From Eledone cirrhosa (lineage: Eukaryota): a stretch of DNA of 64,000 bases. Under the pieces are notes generated by a model. It made no database searches. It was not told where the DNA came from and saw only the letters and a program-made list of their open reading frames with translations. The translations under genes were made by a program, and so were the position numbers. Below, piece after piece: positions 29,981 to 43,140 of the stretch (the stretch's first letter is position 1; the number at the start of each line of letters is the position of its first letter). The stretch spans positions 1,116,001 through 1,180,000 of the forward strand of contig OZ024760.1 of NCBI GenBank assembly GCA_964016885.1. The letters run 5' to 3'.

Positions 29981-29984
<4 letters not shown>
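28682..29984 (-). mobile_element. Partial-tandem non-coding element with ~95-bp direct repeats and a degenerate hammerhead, interrupted by the Helitron
   Basis: 28682-28775 is similar to 29889-29984; HHR-like motif at 29503-29587 (minus); flanked by (TA)n. Confidence 0.6.
28924..29450 (+). mobile_element. Non-autonomous Helitron
   Basis: Starts TC(TATATATATAAAA) after A; subterminal hairpin CCCGAGCAACGCCGGG; ends CTAG before T; no TSD. Confidence 0.88.
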
Positions 29985-30018
<34 letters not shown>

Positions 30019-30159
30019 TATTGAGGTTTCTGTTGAAAATTGAAAAAGTCAGAGGAATGAAGAGTGCTCTATGTAAGTTACAGAGCTAAATATTTAATGT
30101 ATAATAAACAATACAATATAATGGCTTCTACCGGACTAGAACTGTTTCATTCGAGTGAA

Positions 30160-30279
<120 letters not shown>

Positions 30280-30372
30280 AATGCAATGAAGGAATAATCA
30301 ATCGTCCTTTTTATCCTTTCTATATATATAGATAGATATAGATATGTGTATGTGTGTCTGTAAGTGTATATA

Positions 30373-30448
30373 CAAGGTGTCCCGCAAAAATGTATACAGT
30401 TTCAACAGCATTCTAATAAAAGTGTGTATGCATTTTTGGGACACCCTG
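30373..30448. mobile_element. Tiny Tc1/mariner-type MITE
   Basis: TA-CAAGGTGTCCC..AAAAATG / CATTTTTGGGACACCCTG; third TIR at 30497-30518. Confidence 0.7.
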
Positions 30449-31190
30449 TGTGTCTATATATATATATAGATGTATATATATATAGAGAGAGACACACAGG
30501 GTGTCCCAAAAAATGCATAACCACATATATATATATATATATATATTGATGTTTCCTTTCTGTTCCTTCCTTCCTCTTTGTTTACTCTCCAAGCAATATT
30601 TAATGCACCCTTTCTCTTACTATCTCTCTCTCTTATTCTCTCTGTCTCCCTCTCATTCTCTCTGACTCCCTCTCATTCTCTCTCTCTCCGTCTCTCATTC
30701 TCTCTGTCTCTCTCTCTCTGTTTACTCACCAAACAATCTGACATTTGTCATGGAACTCCCAGGAGTTTTGTCAACTCAAACATTCTTTTCTAGAACTCTT
30801 CTTCTAGATCTGTCTCTTCCTTCAACTGTCTCGCCACCTGCCCCCCCCCCTCTTTCTCTCTCTCTCCTTCTCTCTCTCCTTCTCTCTCTCTGCCTCTATC
30901 TGTCTCTCTCTCTCTCTGCCTCTCTCTCTATTACACACACATGCATATATATATATAAAAACATACACATATATATGCATGTACATAAATACACATATAT
31001 AATAGGAATTCTTTTTGTGTGAAACTTGGAAGCATCCATTTATGCCTACATTTTGATAAAAGAACAGAAGCTTATCTCCTTTTTGTCTGTCTCTCTCTTC
31101 TTTCTCAGTTTGCTCTATTTAGAATGTTTTCATCCCAGGGATATCATTGAAGAATAACTGTATATATATATATATATACATATATATAAA

Positions 31191-31387
31191 TCCCAGTAGA
31201 AGGAAGATTCAGTAGAGGAAGACCACGAAAAACATGGGTGGAGGTGGTGAGAGCAGACCTCAGATCGCTGAAGCTCACGGAGGAGATGACGAAGGACTGG
31301 GACAAACAAGTGGAGAGATGCTGTGCTGAATAGGACCCATACCATCTTTGCAAGCAGGGAAAAACGGACGTAAAATGATGATGATGA
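31191..31387 (+). mobile_element. RTE family A 3' end
   Basis: Encodes RGRPRKTWVEVVRADLRSLKL; (TGA)n tail. Another copy at 31632-31772 (minus). Confidence 0.8.
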
Positions 31388-32160
31388 TATATATATTGAC
31401 AGTCGATCAACTTTCGTCAAATCGGACTGAGGAAACAATGTTTCTATTGGTATTTCCAATGCTAATACTTTTTATAGGTTGCAACTCCAGGTAGAAGGAA
31501 CAACGTGAAATAAAGTATCTTGTCCAAGGACATAACGCATCGCCTGGTCCGGAAATCGAACTCACAACCTCATGATTGAGAGTCCAATTCTCTAACCACT
31601 CAGCCACGTGCCTATATATCATCATCTTCACCATCATCATCATCATTTTACGTCCGCTTTTATTTGCTTGCAAGGGTGGGACGGGTCCTTTTTAACACAG
31701 CATCTCTCCATTCGTCACGGCCTTCATCATCTCCTCTGTGAGCTTCAGCGATCTGAGGTCAGTTCTCACCAGCTCTGGCAATGTAAATGTGGTTGGTGTT
31801 AGGAAGGGCATCCAGCTGTAAAATCCCCGGCCAACTCGCGGTCACCTGACCCGACTTGCCTTTAATGGGACAAGCTAACATGTTAGTATCGAAAATGAAC
31901 CTTAAACGATGATGATGATGATTATATATATATCTATATATATATAATATGCACACATATCTATCTACATATCTATCTACACATATCTATCTACACACAC
32001 ATACATATATATATATATATAGGAAAATGTTCAAGACCCCGACGCCAGAGCTCAAGCCGTTTCAACGAGTTTGGTAGTAGTAGTTCCACAACAGTTAGTT
32101 CACCATACCTAGAACAAATGTTTAACCATATTCGGATCCTTAGTTCGGTAAAGATTTTAA

Positions 32161-32203
32161 ACTGAGCTGAGGATCTGAATAAGGTGAAACATTTGTTCTC
32201 AGT
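32161..32203 (+). ncRNA. Hammerhead motif in small fold-back (degenerate mirror 32105-32149)
   Basis: ACTGAG-CTGAGGA-TCTGAATAAGGT-GAAA-CATTTG-TT-CTCAGT; 6-bp stem I, weak stem II. Confidence 0.6.
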
Positions 32204-32225
32204 ATGGGTAAAATAACTGTTGTGG

Positions 32226-32277
<52 letters not shown>

Positions 32278-32321
32278 AAGTTAAATAAGAGTCAAATGAT
32301 TAAAATTTAGCTTCGTTTATT

Positions 32322-32376
32322 ACTGCTATATATATTTCAGTGACAGCCATCTTTGGCTGTGACCTCTTCAGGCAGT
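32322..32376 (-). ncRNA. Hammerhead ribozyme motif, apparently intact
   Basis: Reverse complement ACTGC-CTGAAGA-GGT-C-ACAGCCA-AAGA-TGGCTGT-C-ACT-GAAA-TATATA-TA-GCAGT. Confidence 0.85.
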
Positions 32377-32518
32377 TTGAATTAGTAATCTATAGACAAG
32401 TACATATGTTGTTTAGGTGTATGATATTGTCAATACTCTGATATGCCCAGTTCCTTGTTGGGTTGTTAATTCACTGGGGAACTGGAGTCATATAACAATA
32501 TATATATATATATATATA

Positions 32519-32715
32519 TATTGTTATACTTGGGGAGGGTCATATTTGTGTAATATTGCCAGAATTAATAACAGAACACACTCACTGTTTGGTTGGTTTT
32601 CGCTTTCGCTTCTGTGTCTTTTATATCGGTAATCTAATTTATTCGGTCCTGAATGTTGCCATTGTCTGACCAACGGTCAAAAATAATACAGATACAATAT
32701 AGCCACAAACACACA
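32519..32715 (-). mobile_element. Diverged 3' terminus of the same PLE family as 17884-22364
   Basis: Aligns to 17927-18125 and ends at the same ...TATAACAA|(TA)n junction. Confidence 0.88.
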
Positions 32716-32830
32716 TATATATATATATATATTTAAAGGTTAAACAAGGTTCAATGAATAAATCAAAGAATGAGTTTTACAATAGATTGGAAGCACTCAA
32801 CAAGAATGGTTTTCCGGAATTATTAATATT

Positions 32831-33158
32831 AATTCAAAATATTAACAAAATAGACATTCGTGTGATCAAGTATATTTTATTACACATATTTCAGGGGTAC
32901 TGAGCTATCTTCCACAGTACGTCCTCATCAGATAAAATAAGATGATGCATGACATACCCTGACTTAGTAGATGATTAAGATTCAGTTATGGTAGAATCCT
33001 TGACTGAATCTTAACCATCTACTATGTCAGGGTATGTCAAGCATCATCTTATTTTATCTGATGAGGACGTACTGTGGAAGATAGCTCAGTACCTCTGAAA
33101 TATGTATAATAAAATATACTTGATCACACGAATGTCTATTTTGTTAATATTTTGAATT
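32831..33158. mobile_element. Fold-back (158-bp arms, 12-nt loop) with one hammerhead per arm
   Basis: 32831-32988 is the reverse complement of 33001-33158; HHRs at 32873-32939 (minus) and 33050-33116 (plus). Confidence 0.9.
33050..33116 (+). ncRNA. Hammerhead ribozyme motif
   Basis: TATTTTAT-CTGATGA-GGA-C-GTACTG-(12 nt)-CAGTAC-C-TCT-GAAA-TATGTA-TA-ATAAAATA; 8-bp stem I; predicted cut 33108/33109. Confidence 0.85.
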
Positions 33159-33774
33159 TATATATATATATTATATATATACACACACACCTTTCACTGC
33201 ATGTAATATCTTATTTGATTACCACTTTTGTAAATTATATTAATTATATAAACCGTGTTTATATGTACAAGATGTCTTTTATAAATATATTAAGTTTGAT
33301 AATCTTTCATTTTAAGATCAAATTCATTTATTTTCCTGCCATTTTATCAACTTCATTTTAAGATCAAATTCATTTATTTTCCTGCCATTTTATCAACATA
33401 ATTATTATCGGCAAAAGTTAGATTAAGAAACTTAACTTTCTTCATTTTGCATAATTAATTAATTCTCCGGTGTTATCATCATCATCATCATCATCCTAGT
33501 CATCACCCCATACACCCACCACCAAACACCACCACCACGACCCCATCAGCATCACTGTCACAAATACTACACCCTCCTCTCCCGTAATACTATCATTATT
33601 TCCATTCCACCACAATAACAACACTGCCACCACCACCACCTCCATCACCACCACCACCTCCATCACCACCACCACCACCAACCACCATCACCACCACCAT
33701 CACTAAGCATCATCATCATCACTAACATCATCACAACTTTAATTGCAACCATCCCTTGATAATAACAACCGTGC

Positions 33775-34027
33775 TGATGATGGTAATGATGACAATGATG
33801 ATGATTGTTATAAAGATGATGATGATGTTGTTGGTAATGATGATGATGGTGATTGTGATGATGATGATGGTGATTGTGATGATGATGACTATAATGATGA
33901 TGGTGATGATGATGATAAAGATGATGATGATAAAAATAATGATGATTATGATGGTGGTGGTGGTGGTTACGATAATGATGATGATGATTGCAATAATGAT
34001 GATTGTGATGATGATGATGATGATGGT
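33775..34027. repeat. (GAT)n repeat, followed by CT-rich tracts to ~35020
   Basis: Direct reading. Confidence 0.9.
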
Positions 34028-34234
34028 GTCACAATGAGTGATGTTACAGTTCACCTCTCTTTTCATCCAGAACCATCAATCTTCTTTTTTTCTTTCTTTT
34101 TTCCTTTCTTTCTTTCCTTTTCATTCATTCTTTCCTTCTTTCTTTCCTTAGGTTTTATTTTATTATATTTATTTTGCTTCTTTTGTAGTATCTCTCCCTC
34201 ACTTTCTCTTTCTCTCTCTCTGCCTCTTTTTGTG

Positions 34235-34282
<48 letters not shown>

Positions 34283-34588
34283 CCTCTCTCTCTCTCTCCC
34301 TCCCTTTCTTTTTCTCTCTCTCTCTCTCCCTCTCTCTCCTCACTTTCTCTTTCTCTCTCCCTCTCTCTTTCTCTCTCCCTCTTTCTTTCTCTCTCCTTCA
34401 CTTTCTCTTTCTGTCTCTCTCTGTCTCCCCTCCTCTCTATCCGTCTCTCTCTGTCTCTCCCTCTCCCTCTCTCCCTCTCTCTGTCTCTCCCTCTCCCTCT
34501 CTCTCTGCCTCTTTTTGTCTCTCTCACATTATTTCCATCTCTCTCCCTCTAAGAAGACAAACTGGCTCTCCCACTCTTTCACTATCTA

Positions 34589-34626
<38 letters not shown>

Positions 34627-34912
34627 CTCTCTCACTCACATGCACACACATCCCTTCATCTACCGTCTCCTCCTCTCTCATACTACCACTTTCACTCTAT
34701 CATGTAAACTCCATGTCTTTAGCCATACCATCACTCTCACTCACCCTCAAACTCTCGCCCTCACTCAGCTGCCCCTTTCACTCCATTACTTTCCCCAAAA
34801 TCAGACAGTCTACCCACCCTCCACCCAACCCCACTCAAAATACCAATATCTCTTCAACCAAACCCAGATCCATATTGGAAATCACCAATATGGATTCCTT
34901 AACAAATTCCTG

Positions 34913-35014
<102 letters not shown>

Positions 35015-35602
35015 CTCTCTATATACACACACAAGTGGAAAGGTTAGTAAAATTGAAGCTTTGGATGTGGCCAAGTAAAGTCGACCTACAATAAGGAATG
35101 AGTAGCAAAGCACTCATTAAGGGTAGGTCCCTTGCGGCAGGCAAAACCCAACCATACAGTACCAAAACAACAAAAGAACTAATCAGGTTAAACAACATAT
35201 ATATATGTAAATAGGTAAAGAGGAATAACAACACAATCGGTACAGTATATGGAAGGGATATATAAAGTTAACGCTTGATAAAGCAGGAAGAGGGTCTTAA
35301 CGTTTCGGACGCTAGTCATTCAGCGGAAGAAAGAATAAGAAATAAGATAGATTGAGGGGACGGCGGGATTTAATTTGAAAAAAATGTCTTAAAATTCGTT
35401 CGATTTTACTAATTGGATTTTCACCCTGAAACTGGATACCAACCCGGAGTACATCTGAATTTCCACCAGGAAATCACTCGTATCATTGAATTGAAATTTT
35501 CTTTGCTTCTTATATATATATATATCATCATCATCATCAATCTTCGTTTAACGTCCATTTTCCACGCTAGCATGGGTTAGACTATATATATATATAAATC
35601 AG

Positions 35603-35654
35603 GGCTTTCCTGATGATTTCTTTTGAATGAAACAGTTCCAGTCCTGTAGAAGCC
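35603..35654 (+). ncRNA. Hammerhead motif, dispersed family (also 41041-41091 plus; partial 30123-30164 minus; partial 49690-49716 plus)
   Basis: GGCT(T)TC-CTGATGA-T-TTC-N4-GAA-T-GAAA-CAG-(8 nt)-CTG-TA-GAAGCC. Confidence 0.7.
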
Positions 35655-35757
35655 ATTTCTATATTAAATTTTGAATAATACTCTGCTAATGTATTGAGTA
35701 CTTCACTTACTGTGGTTACCCCTAATTGAACCTGGACTCATATACTCATATACCTCG

Positions 35758-35795
<38 letters not shown>

Positions 35796-35873
35796 CAAAG
35801 GAAATGTAAGTAAGGAACCAGATGGACCATAACGCAACCAAAGTACTCAATACTTAGGGTAGTAGAGTGGGTA

Positions 35874-35983
35874 ATAGGAACAAGTATGACCCCGGTGGCA
35901 GAGCTCAAGCCGTTTCGACGGCTAATTCTGGACTCAATCAGAAACGGCTTGAGCTTTGCAGTCGGGGTCATACTTGTTCCTAT
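35874..35983. repeat. Fold-back with 43-bp arms ending at (TA)n
   Basis: ATAGGAACAAGTATGACCCCG...CAAGCCGTTTC / GAAACGGCTTG...CGGGGTCATACTTGTTCCTAT; related sequence at 32035-32065 and 41260-41292. Confidence 0.85.
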
Positions 35984-36067
35984 ATATATATATATATATA
36001 GTGGGTAGAACACTGGAAGGTAATATCCGTAGTGGTAGAGCACTCAGTCCATGGGATGAGTTAGGTA

Positions 36068-36765
36068 TATCATCATCATCATCATCATCATCGTTTAACG
36101 TCCATATTCCACGCTTGCATGGGTTTGGACGGGAGTTTTCCTACTTGAGGCAAGAGTGGTTGTCTTGCTCGTATAGGACTGTCTGGCGGGTTTTCTACAG
36201 CTGGATGCCCTCCTAACACCAACCACATTTACAGTGTGGAACTGGGAGGTTTTTACCGTGTTGCCCGCATGGCCACATTACAGCGTTGACTGTGTGTTTT
36301 TTTGTCGTGGACACCTACACAACCTCATTTGTTTCGGCCTGGATGTTGTAGTACCAACATAACTTTACATTGAAAGGGGTGGTGTGCGATGGAGGTGGGG
36401 GTAGTGGGACGGGGGTGTATTTTGTTAGATGTGCCTACTGACTGTAGTAGGTTTTACTTTGTATTTAGGTCAGGCGGGTCTTCTCTATTACTGAGTACCG
36501 CCAAAAGATCTCGGTCCAGTGACATTGTCTTGGAGAGGTGTAAGTGTGTGAGGTCGGAATTTATCAAGTCGTCCCAGGTTTTTCTGGGTCTGCCTACTCC
36601 GTGGCTACCGTCTATTTTTATTGCCCTGCACTTTTTTATACAGCTGTCGTCTTTCATGCGCATCACGTGACCATACCAACACAGTCTTCTCTCGAGTAAA
36701 CAACATCTGATCCCTCTTATTTCTAATTTTTTCCCTTAGTTCGTTTATGCTTTGCCATTCACGGT
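36068..36765 (-). mobile_element. RTE family B 3' end (ORF end + long 3'UTR)
   Basis: ...RRLCWYGHVMRMKDDSCIKKC...GVGRPRKTWDDLI..., stop at 36454, UTR ending (GAT)n. Confidence 0.82.
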
Positions 36766-37052
36766 ATATTACTATATATATATATATACACATAGATAGA
36801 TAGATAGAATAATACCTGCTATAAAGGCAGCTACAACTTCAATTTATCACCAATATATATATATATATATATATAGTATATATATAATATATATATATTG
36901 TTATACTTTGGTAGGGTCATGTTGCCAATATAAAACACACGCAGCAGTTGCTTTCACTTTCAATTTTTTATAGAATTAAATTCATAAATTTAGGAATTTA
37001 TAAATTTCCGGTTGGTTGGTTGGTTCCACAACCAGATGTTTGTTCATATATT

Positions 37053-37094
37053 GTCAAAGTTCTTCGTCACACATTCTGTGACCTCTTCAGTGAC
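37053..37094 (-). ncRNA. Degenerate hammerhead in PLE-like 3' end 36897-37160
   Basis: Reverse complement GTCA-CTGAAGA-G-GTCACA-GAATG-TGTGAC-GAAG-AAC-TT-TGAC; terminus ATGACCCT..AAAGTATAACAA resembles the main PLE end. Confidence 0.6.
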
Positions 37095-37155
37095 TGGGGA
37101 TTCTTTTCTTTGTTTTTGTGCCTCTTCTTTGTTCTGTCCTATGCCATCTTGTTTT

Positions 37156-37208
<53 letters not shown>

Positions 37209-38032
37209 CCGTCTAACCCATGCTAGCGTGGAAGATGGACATTAAACTTAAACAATGATGATCATCATATATGTGTGTGTGTGTGTGTGTCTCTATTCAT
37301 CAGCTTATCCATCTATCTATCTATCTCCATCTATTGCCCCCCCCCCCCCCCTCTCTTTCTCTTTTCCCCCTCCCTCCCTTCCCACACCCACCCATCTATT
37401 TAGCCATTTGTCTGTTCCTGAAATAGTCTCCTTCTGTCATCAGTCAGCCTCAGTGTGTGTGTGTGTGTGTGTGAATGTCTAAGTGTGTGTTTGTTTAAAT
37501 GTGTGTGTGTGTGTATTTAACAATGTTAAGTGAAGGGGAGGAAGAGAAAGGAGGTGGAGTGAGGGAGCAAGACAGATGAGACTGATGAGTTAAAAAGCCA
37601 TTGACCTCCTCCCACCACGCCCCTTCCACCACCCCTCCAACTACTACCACCACCACCACCACACACCCGGCAGAAGCACTGTGAAGGGTTTTTAAGTTCA
37701 CACTTAATTGCATATAACACAAGTATCTGTCATGGGGTTTCCTGTGTTCCTGTCTGGTCACCAGCCCTTCACCCTACCCCACCTACTCCACTCATATAGA
37801 GATAGAGAGAGGGAGAAGTTGTCTATGGCCAGCCATGTCTATGGAACCACAGATCACACTGTGTATCCTGAACAAATATGTGGTCAGTCATTGATCTAGA
37901 AATAGCAGCCAAATTCCCCTCATATCGCATGCACCCACAGACACACAGACACACACAATATATATATATATATATAAACGGAAAAAATGAAACGATATTT
38001 CATTTCCCACTCTTAGTACGGCTGTAACTTAA

Positions 38033-38412
38033 ATATAAGTATGTACACGTACATACACATATGTATACCGACGTACAGTAGTATGTACATATATATACAT
38101 ACATGCACACATATATATATGCACGTATGGATTCACCGAACATTTATTATAATGCTCGGTGTGTTTGTAAACAAACATCCCGTATTAAGCCGTAGTGTCT
38201 ACCAACCATCGTTGCTCGTTTGTTCAACACTGACAGTGGTTGCTAGACACTACGGCTTAATACGGGATGTTTGTTTACAAACACACCGAGCATTATAATA
38301 AATGTTCGGTGAATCCATACGTGTATATATATATGTGTGCATGTATGTATATATATATACATACTACTGTACGTCGGTATACATATGTGTATGTACGTGT
38401 ACATACTTATAT
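38033..38412. repeat. Fold-back with 176-bp arms and 28-nt loop
   Basis: 38033-38208 is the reverse complement of 38237-38412; no HHR core seen. Confidence 0.92.
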
Positions 38413-38588
38413 ATATATATATATATAAAAAATTAGCGAGAATCGTATTTCGGCCTATGAAATAACGAAAAACAACCTCCGAGATGTGTGGCAAGTGGTC
38501 AATGATTCAGATGAACCAGAGCTACAACATACGTTAAAGGCCAAACACTCTGAGACGATGGTTAAACAATCATCTGCACAGTCAAAGA

Positions 38589-38690
38589 TGTAGAAGTTAT
38601 ATTTATGTAGAAGTTATATTTATGTAGAAGTTATATTTATGTAGAAGTTATATTTATGTAGAAGTTATATTTATGTAGAAGTTATATTTA
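38589..38690. repeat. 17-bp tandem repeat x6
   Basis: TGTAGAAGTTATATTTA. Confidence 0.9.
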
Positions 38691-38762
38691 ATTTGTTGGG
38701 ATACAACAAGCAAATATTTTTTATAACTGATATAAAGCACTCATCAACATTTTTGGAGCTTA

Positions 38763-39011
38763 ATACAATATATTAACAAATGGAAACTATATTTATAAAA
38801 CCATATTTATTTCATTATACATATTTCAAGGACACCAAGTTAAATTATGGTGTGCTTTCATCAGATAAAATATAATATATATATTTTATATATAATATAT
38901 ATATTTTATATTTTATCTGATGAAAGCGCATCATAATTTGCTTTGGTGTCCTTGAAATATGTCTAATGAAATAAATATGGTTTTATAAATATAGTTTCCA
39001 TTTGTTAATAT

Positions 39012-39018
<7 letters not shown>
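38763..39018. mobile_element. Fold-back with one hammerhead per arm (38808-38872 minus, 38909-38973 plus)
   Basis: TATTTTAT-CTGATGA-AAG-C-GCATCA..TGGTGT-C-CTT-GAAA-TATGTC-TA-ATGAAATA; third copy at 39394-39457 (minus). Confidence 0.85.
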
Positions 39019-39054
<36 letters not shown>

Positions 39055-39195
39055 TCATGTTTATTTTTATTTTTATTTTTTTATATTTATTTTTATTTGT
39101 ACCCCTTCCATCGTTTTTCCTCCCCCCCCCATTTTTTTAAATGTCTCTCCCCCACTCCCCTACACACCCTCAGAACTCTCTTCCCACACACTTTT

Positions 39196-39229
39196 CGCCT
39201 GAAGAAGGGCTTATGCCTGAAACGTCGTA
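39196..39229 (+). ncRNA. Minimal hammerhead motif
   Basis: CTGAAGA-A-GGGC-TTAT-GCCT-GAAA-CG-TC; ACGT palindrome, GUC cleavage triplet; stem I weak. Confidence 0.65.
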
Positions 39230-39309
39230 CCCCACCACCCCCATTCTCAAGAGCGTGAAACTAATAAACCTTTGTTCGTACTGCCTCTGTTTTGTTCCCG
39301 TTCCATTTT

Positions 39310-39351
<42 letters not shown>

Positions 39352-39907
39352 ATGATATTCAATAAATGGAAACTATATTTATAAAACCATATTTATTTAA
39401 TTATATATATTTCAAGAGTACCAAGACAGCATTGGTGCGCTTTCATCAGATAAAATACAAAGTTTGTTTTATAAATAGAGACATACCCATGAAAAACATA
39501 CCTTATCGATTGGAAATTCACTGGATAGTGAATATCTATATTAACCCAGTCCACACTGTAAAGTGGTCGTATAGGAGACACAGTAAAAACGCTCCCAGTC
39601 CACACTGTAAATGTGGTTGGTGTTAGGAAGGGCATCTAGCTGTAGAAAACCTGCCAGATACAGTCCTTTACGAATACGACATGGTCACCCAATCAATCTT
39701 GCCTCAAGTGGGACAATTCTTTGTCTAACCCATGCTAGCGAGGAAGATAGACGTTAAAAGATGATTATATATATATATATATATATATAATTAGTTGCAG
39801 CAGTGACATATACAGCCTTGGATATTTCTACCAAACTTGTACTACAGTGTGTGTGTGTCTGTATATATATGTATATATATATGTGCAAAGGGTATTTGTG
39901 TGTGTTC

Positions 39908-39961
<54 letters not shown>

Positions 39962-39962
39962 T

Positions 39963-40277
39963 TGAGAAGCATGACCATGGGATTTGAACCTAGAAAGTTC
40001 CCCCTCCAAGGTACAAGTCCAGGTAAGGTTGTTTGTGGAAGACCAGCAGTCACCCATGTATACCAGTCTCCCTTCTCCATGCCACCGATGTTATCCAAGG
40101 GAGAGGCAATGGCTGAGACAGCTCGGCGCCAGTGACGTCACAACACATTTCTACAGATGAGTGAACTGGAGCAATGTGAAATAAAGTGTCTTGCTCAAGA
40201 ACACAATGCAAAGGCCGGTCCAAGAATTGAACTCTCAACCTCACGACTGTAAGCTCGATGTTCTAACCACTAAGCCA
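39963..40277 (-). mobile_element. tRNA/CORE-like SINE, third body type (also 60905-61180)
   Basis: Same head and core as the 5053 SINE but a different 3' body. Confidence 0.8.
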
Positions 40278-40751
40278 AGGTATCGGGTCAGATGATCATA
40301 TATTTCACCATCATCACCATTTAACGCCCATTTTCCACTCTAGCATGGATTGGTCAGGTTGTCCCATTAGAGACAAATAGTGTCAGGTGTCCATGTCTTG
40401 CTCATACACAACTGTTTCTAGCTAGGCTTCTACGGCTGGATGCCTTTCCTAACGCCTATATAGTAGTGAAAGAGTGAAGAATAACATGGTTGGCTGTACA
40501 AAAAGGGTTTTATTTACAGTATTAACTGGATTGCCTAAAACGATAACTTGTTATCCCATATATATATAAAACCAAATGAAAAGATATATGTATATATAGA
40601 GAGAGAAAGAGCGATATATCGTACAAGAAACACGGTATATTATATACCAAATACATATTCTATAGAAGAATAGTACACTAGATAAAGTCTATTGAGCTTA
40701 CTTATTGAGAAACAATTCTAAACTTCTAAATATATTTGATATGTTTTCGGT

Positions 40752-40938
40752 GGATTGGCAGTATCGGTAGAGGGTCGGATGTCATGCTTTGATGCATAGA
40801 GTTACGGCCCTTTCCATTCTGAGTTCAAATCCTGCCGAGGTCAACTTTGCCTTTCATCCTTACGGAGGTCGATAAAATAAAGTACCAGTAATGTACTGGG
40901 TAATTGCTGGCCATGTGCCAAAAGTAGAAACAATTATT
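40752..40938 (+). mobile_element. SINE (second family), full length
   Basis: Matches 27331-27517. Confidence 0.85.
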
Positions 40939-41779
40939 TATATATATAAATCCATCAACCAATGACCTCCACCCCTCCCAATCACCGCCCTCTCCTACCA
41001 CCAGAAAAGGTATAAATGCCACCATATTACTTGGATAGTCGGCTTCCTGATGATTTCTCCTGCATGAAACACTTCTAGTCTTGTAGAAGCCATTAACTCA
41101 TGCTAGCGTGGAAAATGGACGTTAAACGAAGATGATGATGATGATGATGATATATATATATTACATATATCAAGATGGATTCAGTAAACATCTGTTAGAC
41201 CATTATTCACCAGAGTACTCAATACTTGGGGTAGTAGAGTATGGTTATATGAAATAGTCGGGACCCCGACAGCTGAGCTCTTGCCATTTCAACAGCTAGT
41301 TCCAGTCTGGAACTCACACATAGACAGTCTCACACACAATAGACACCACACCACACACACACACACACAATAGACACACACATAGACACGCACGCACACA
41401 CACACACACAATAGACAGTCTCACACAATAGATTCACTTACACACACACACACATTAGCACACATACACACACATTAGCACACACACACACACACACATT
41501 AGCACACACATACACACACACACTCAGTCTCTCTCACCCCTCTCTCTTTCACTCTCTCTTTCTTTGATGCTCTCGCCCTCTTTTTCTTTTCCTCCTCTAT
41601 CTGTTCCCCAGTCTCTCTCTCTCTCTTTCTCTCTCTCCTACTATTTTCCTTCCCCTTTTTCACTCTCTCTCTCCAGTCTATCTTTCTCCCTCTCTGCTTC
41701 CTCTCTTCCTTTCCCCCAAATCCCTCAGTAAAAGATTTAAACTAGAAATGTTAGTTATTGTCCCCATCTAAGGGACCAC

Positions 41780-42230
41780 TGGTGGTAGTGGTGGTGGTGG
41801 TGGTGGTGTTGGTGGTGGTTTTGGTAGTGGTGATGGTGGTGGTGGTGGTAGTGGTGATGGTGGTGGCAGTGGTGGTGGTAGTGTTGGTAGCAGTGGTGAG
41901 GGTGTTGGTGGTAGTGGTAGTGGTGATGATGGTGTTGGTAGTGTTGGTGGTGGTGGTGTTGGTAGTGGTGGCAGTAGCAGTGGTGGTGGTGGCAGTAGTA
42001 GTGGTGGTGGTGTTGGTAGTGGTGGCAGTAGCAGTGGTGGTGGTGGTGGCAGTAGTAGTGGTGGTGGTGTTGGTAGTGGTGGCAGTAGCAGTGGTGGTGG
42101 TGGTGGTGGTTGTGGTGGTAGTGTTGGTAGTGGTGGTAGTAGTGATGGTGGAGATGGTAGTGGTGGTGGTGGTGGTGGTGGTAGCAGTGGTGGTGGTGGC
42201 AGTAGTGGCTGGTACCATGGTGGTGGTTGG
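41780..42230. repeat. (GGT)n repeat
   Basis: Direct reading. Confidence 0.9.
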
Positions 42231-42343
42231 GGATTAAACTAGAGCCAGGAGATAGAATTTCAAATCTGAGCAAAGCCAGATAAACTAAGCCAGATTCTGT
42301 GTGTGTATATATGTGTGTGTGTGTGTATGTGTGTGTGTATATA

Positions 42344-42374
<31 letters not shown>

Positions 42375-42525
42375 ATGTATATGTGTGTGTATATGTGTGT
42401 GTGTTTATATTTTTTTACTGTCATTTTTACTATTGTCTGTAGTCGCTTGTGTGTGTGTGTGTGTGTACATTTGTAGATGGATGTGTACTTCTATGTGTGT
42501 TCATCTGCATATATGTGTCTGTTCA

Positions 42526-42564
<39 letters not shown>

Positions 42565-43140
42565 GTGCATACATCTGCAGATGTATGTGTGTGGATATGT
42601 GTATTGCATGTGTACAGTGTAATGTATTTGTGTATGCATGTGTGTATTTTTATATATATATATATAGAGAGAGAGAGAGGGGGGGGCAAGGTTTTTGTGT
42701 TTTTGAGAATACCTTTTTTACTAAAAATGTTGCTTTTAAATGCCTGTCTGTCAGTTTGCCTGCATTTCTGCCTGTCTGCCTGCCTGTCTGTCTGTCCCTT
42801 ATTGGCTCATTTAACCCTTTCGTTGAAATATTTCTAATGAAAGACACTGTCTATGATTTCGGAATAATTTTAAAGATAATCCAGAATTTGGAGTGATTTA
42901 GTAATATAATTAACTTTCTCATTATTTAAATTCATGTATGGAACATAGCTTAACAAAGATTCTTATGTAAAATTGTGATGGGATTTTTTTTTAGATAAAA
43001 TGTAAACATTTGTGTCTGGGTTTCAGTTCTGCTGACAAAGTTATACAGTCATGTGATCAAGATAGTCTTACAATACTAGGATCAAGTGATTCTATGCTGG
43101 AATTAAGTCATATGGTACTGTGATGAAATGCCAATGTGCT

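Noticed and set aside
37290-37600. Isolated CTGATGA/TCATCAG words as hammerheads
   Set aside because: No downstream stem II-GAAA-UH and no stem I complement.
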